Origin: Amphiscolops sp. MND2022
Lineage: Eukaryota
Reading direction: 5' to 3'
Length of the DNA: 64,000 nucleotides
Assembly: GCA_964187785.1 (NCBI GenBank)
Contig: OZ076410.1
Location: 78,988,001-79,052,000 of the forward strand
The notes below the pieces were generated by a model that did not search any database, had not been told where the DNA came from, and was given only the letters and a program-made list of their open reading frames with translations. How positions within the stretch are numbered: position 1 is the stretch's first letter; every line of letters starts with the position of its first letter. The position numbers and the translations under genes are program-made. Of this stretch, positions 60,019 to 64,000 are shown piece by piece.

Positions 60019-61056
60019 ATTATCACTATCGATAGAGAAAGTTCTGACTTGATAACTATCTTTTTCCGAGTTCTTTCTTTTCATCTTAGAAATCTTAGAA
60101 ATCTTCGAGAAAAGTCCGAAATTCATCGACGAACTCGGATTTTATACCATCAGGTATCGTTTTAGTTTTCTATTTCTGTGCAATAAAAGTAGGAGGATCT
60201 CCAATTGTAGGCTCTGACATATCGGGAATGACTCTTGGTAGGAACAGTATATAAGTAAAGTACATTCAAAGTTTCATACGATTAGTGTATGAAACGTACA
60301 GTGCCTTGAAACAGAAATAGGACATAAGAAAAATTTTCTCAACTTTCATTGCAACCTGCTAAATAACATTCTGAATTTTATATAGTTTCGGACTTTTTTG
60401 TTTGAAGTTACTATGAGTATTAGTGACAAGATTAAAAATGATTTTATATGTATCTATGTTTCTTGTTTTTATATGTATCTAAGATGAAAAAAATGTCTTT
60501 CAGATCACAATTTTCGGTGTTTCAGTAGCTTGAAATTGAAATCTTGGAAAACATAGAACACTAACAAAATTTTTATTTCAAAGATGTCAGTCTTTTTTGC
60601 TCTATAGGAGTTTCCGCTTTCTAATAGTGACAATCACAGTTAAACTTCAGTTTCTCGGATAATCGATTCCTTCTACATGTATTCAGATTAGGTCGAAAAG
60701 TAATTCTCCGAGATGGTTGAAAACTGAGACTTTCCGAGGATGATAAGGGTTTCAAAGGGCTTGTTCATTAGATAGGTCAATTTTTCTAGACAGTAGCAAG
60801 ATTCACCCTTCGAACAAATACCAATAACGTTAGTTTAACTTGATTGGAGCCTGGATGTTCATCTCGGTCAAATCATTAATGAATTCAGTGTAAAGATGTT
60901 TGATTTGATGTTCTCGTACCTATAATTGACTATTTTTAAAATCAAAAGGATCTATTGCACATGACGAAGTCAATGTGCATTGCAGTCCAGCTAAGAAAGT
61001 TTTTTTTTCCACAATAGCCAACTGCATAATAAGCGCCTTTTAGAGAAAAGCCAAAA

Positions 61057-61126
61057 CCCCAGAGAGATTCGAACCTGCAGCCTCCCGATTGCGCGGCATA
61101 AGTGTTAACCACAGTGCCATAAGGAC
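61057..61126 (-). mobile_element. tRNA-derived SINE head or tRNA pseudogene
   Basis: Minus strand GTCCTTATGGCACTGTGGTTAACAC..GGCTGCAGGTTCGAATCTCTCTGGGG with A and B boxes; acceptor stem does not pair well. Confidence 0.55.
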
Positions 61127-61647
61127 GTTATTGAATGAAGTTGAACTGTTGAATATATACGCATGCGATTAAAATAATATATATACGCATATTAAAATAA
61201 TCGTTGTCTTCGTCATGTGTTGCGAAGCACCGCTTCGCCTCTGTGTTCAAGTTGAGCTGGAATTTTGATTAAATTTTCTGCATTGGCATATTTTCTTTCA
61301 TTTTTTTTACAGAATCGACAACTTTCAGTACAAGTTTTAAAGGTTTTTGTGTACAATTCACCTGTACCTTGTATATTGTTTGAGTAAATTTATAGGCTGT
61401 AAAAGAATTTGGGGTCTCTACATACATACAGGATATGTCCATACCGCTGAGTTATCTTTTATAGCTACGCTTGCTTTCTAGAAATTATACTAATCCGTTC
61501 CTTGAAAAATATCAAGTGGATCAAGTGAATTTTCCATTATTCAAAATCCCTTACTAATTCCCTAGAGCGGTGCAGAATAGATGGTGGTTTTGAAAATTCT
61601 CCGAAGTTCGTTGGGTCTGGAAGCTTATCTTTGAATTTGTGCTGCAG

Positions 61648-61988
61648 AGTTTGTAGACGACCACCCAAAGTTGACACGCCGAATAGTGACGACAAACGAC
61701 GCTATGATCTTTTGAACGAAGAGCGAAGTTCTTCAAACTATGACGAGGAAGACTCTAATGAAACTAAGGCCGACAACCCAAACTACGTGTCACGTGAAAC
61801 TACCGTCGCTTTTGACACAGATGTCCAGACAGCTGACCCTGGCCGAGTTCAGGTCAAACAGAGGTCAAAATGTGACCCTATCACTGAGGACGGACCATCA
61901 AAGTTTTCGGCCATCTGCACAATTGTCGTTGCTGTTATCACCACTTCCTGTCTGCTCGTTCTGATATTCTTCTTCCATAATATTTTTT
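61648..61988 (+). CDS. SPPL2-like gene exon (acidic loop plus TM)
   Basis: Acceptor GTGCTGCAG and donor T|GTGAGT; ..FSAICTIVVAVITTSCLLVLIFFFHNIF parallels SPPL2 SPLTVVIFVVICCVMMVLLYFFY. Confidence 0.7.
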
Positions 61989-62252
61989 GTGAGTACGAAT
62001 TGGTTTAGTTTTTTAAACCTAGAAATTCATTGTTTCTTGCTACGCGTCGACAAATTTGCCAACCTTTCCAGTTTTCTGCATTTCTTGTGCCAGTCAAGTA
62101 ATGCCGGAGACTATACTCATTGTTGCAATTTGAAAAGTGTAACGAGTTGGTCAACCAAAATGGGACAAAAATGTGGATTGTTGGTTTTAATGTATTTTAC
62201 GATATTAAAGCCTTAACATAATCGAATTTTGAGTTACTTTTGTTCTTTCTAG

Positions 62253-62361
62253 GGTATGTTATGGTTGTGATGTATTCGCTCTGGGCATGTATGGCCTTCT
62301 CGTATTTCGGATGCAAGCTGTTCAACCGCTTCTTCTACGGAATGAACCTGCATTTCCATCA
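62253..62361 (+). CDS. SPPL2-like gene exon
   Basis: Acceptor TTCTTTCTAG and donor CA|GTAAGT; (W)YVMVVMYSLWACMAFSYFGC parallels LVYVMIAIFCIASAMSLYNC. Confidence 0.75.
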
Positions 62362-62620
62362 GTAAGTTAAATTTAGCTGATGGAACGATGATGTTTTTGT
62401 CATGTACACGTATTTGGTTGACGATTGTCTTTGTAGATGCTGGATTTTCTTGGCAAAGTTTGCACCTGGTTTCCTTCTCGGCGCTGGTTTGATAACCATA
62501 TGGTTGCTCTTCATGGATAGAAAGTAAGCAACAGAGTAAAATGACCTGATTGATGTAAATTTAAATACATTAATCGATTCTGGGCGTTCATTCAAATGTT
62601 AACCTGTTTATTCTTTTTAG

Positions 62621-62702
62621 GTGGATATGGATTTTGTGGGATCTACTGAGCTCCTGTATCTGTCTCTTTCTCCTCGTTCACAGTCGATTTCATTCATTCA
62701 AG
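62621..62702 (+). CDS. SPPL2-like gene exon
   Basis: Acceptor TTCTTTTTAG and donor AAG|GTTTGT; (Q)WIWILWDLLSSCICLFLLVHSRFHSFK parallels WAWILQDILGIAFCLNLIKTLKLPNFK; splice phases are consistent across the three exons. Confidence 0.75.
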
Positions 62703-62939
62703 GTTTGTTTGTCTACGCTTTTTATTTTCTGCCCATATTTCATACATGAGAGAATATTTCTCTCAGCTGGCGTTTTCCCACGTTTTGCCATAGACCAATT
62801 TTCCAAAGGTTTCTTCACAAAATTCGAAGATGACGAAATTATGCGAGACGAAAAAAGTGTCGGCACACTAGCCGACTAAAGATCCTTTTCAAAAATTCGA
62901 TCGGCGAGGGCCCTCTCGGACCCGTTATGCCGGAACGCC

Positions 62940-64000
62940 ACTATGCGGGGCTAGTAATGAAGCAACTTGAGACAATTCACCCCAACCCAGGTCCGACAAG
63001 ACGCGGGAAAACGGAGCGAACCCCTGGTCGCTAGGCCGAACCCAATGAGAGAAAAAGAAACGCCTTGAAGAAGGGAAAAGCCGTCTGCCACAAAAACCAG
63101 AAAACGGATCGTAACCTGGAAGCTTCAGGGGATATCACTGAGTAAAAACAACCGAAAAAGACTAACGCACTATCGGTTTCATCAGCGAACGAAAATGGGA
63201 GATTACCTTGATATCCGAAGTGCGTGCAGAAGTCCAGGGGTAATATGGCTAGGGAAGGATCAGGAAACGACTGCAGTTATCCATTCACAGAAATGTGGAA
63301 TCATCCTCCGTGGAAGCGCTCTCAACGAGTCGGTTGAAGGAAATCAACCGATGGAGTTCAAACCCGCATACATCCAAATCAGAGACCTGGTCCTGATGGC
63401 AGTCTACCAACCAGTAAGCGCACATGGAAATGAAGCCATTGAAGAATACCGACACGACCTGGAGAACCTCCTAACAAGGAGAACCCAACGAATGAACAAG
63501 GACATGGCCTCCTTGACTGGTGCAACGGAATCAGCCTGGAATGGGTCAACGGCACCTCTAGCCATCGAGTCCGGGGGACTTTATTCCACAAGGGACTCGG
63601 GAACTGATATGAACTTGATGGTTTTATAATGCGCAGAAACCAACGGCACAAGTATGCGAGAGGCATTAAAACCATCTCCGAGCTGACATACTCAGACCAC
63701 AAACCGGCTGTCCTGAACATAGAGACCAAGATGATGAAGAAATGGAGACAAAGGGAGCGGAACGCGCCGATTCTGAGGAGACAAGGACTACACGGGAATT
63801 TCTTCCACTGTATAATGGACTTGCATGAATCGACCAACTACTGTGTCAAAAGTCAACATGGTGCGAGTTCAAGCTGGACCCCGAAACGTTGTCTGAGAGA
63901 AGGGTGCCCCACATCTCCGGTTCTGTTCAACCTTTTTCACCAGATAGTAACCGAAAAAGCGGAAGAGACGTCTGTTGGGAAACCAAAGCGGAAAAATATG
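62940..64000 (+). mobile_element. 5' part of a LINE (RTE-like) with AP endonuclease, frameshifted
   Basis: RIVTW.., WEITLISEVR, LMAVYQP and SDHKP (~63693) AP-endonuclease motifs; runs off the window end. Confidence 0.7.

Noticed and set aside
60193-60237. Possible 45-nt SPPL2 exon (GGSPIVGSDISGMTL), plus candidates near 61313 and 61430
   Set aside because: Weak A-rich acceptor or in-frame stops; they cannot be linked confidently without RNA data
61057-61126. Functional tRNA gene
   Set aside because: A and B boxes are present but the acceptor and anticodon stems pair poorly; treated as a SINE head or pseudogene (tRNAscan-SE would settle it)

Overview
AT-rich animal genomic DNA (spliceosomal GT-AG introns, no prokaryotic features), mostly decayed and nested transposable elements. 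The retroelement proteins recall those of acoel worms (Convolutriloba/Symsagittifera), but this is an unverified impression. Left half: (i) an internally deleted minus-strand Ty3/Gypsy relic (1-1320); (ii) a CR1/L2-type LINE split at 1683/18070 by a ~16-kb Gypsy element with ~2.2-2.3-kb LTRs. Its gag starts inside the LTR, its degenerate tRNA-Leu PBS lies inside gag, it carries ~4 kb of antisense accessory ORFs after pol, and a near-identical restart of the internal region follows the second LTR; (iii) a second minus-strand Gypsy (19320-~28900) with two Poa1p/TARG1-like macrodomain ORFs after integrase. Right half: MULE transposase relics, L2 fragments, a foldback/nested MITE cluster built around a structured ~150-bp repeat, a PHD+CCHC I/Jockey-like LINE whose 3' end is tandemly duplicated, hAT/MULE/TA-type MITEs with TSDs, DINE-1/HINE-like Helentron elements including a tandem array, tRNA-derived SINE heads, and an AP-endonuclease LINE start. 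Two spliced host genes can be assembled by hand: an ankyrin-repeat/SOCS-box (ASB-like) gene (46971-50177) and an SPPL2-like intramembrane protease gene (~55250 to at least 62702) whose catalytic exons are not in the window. All homology calls come from motif recognition by eye; no searches were run.
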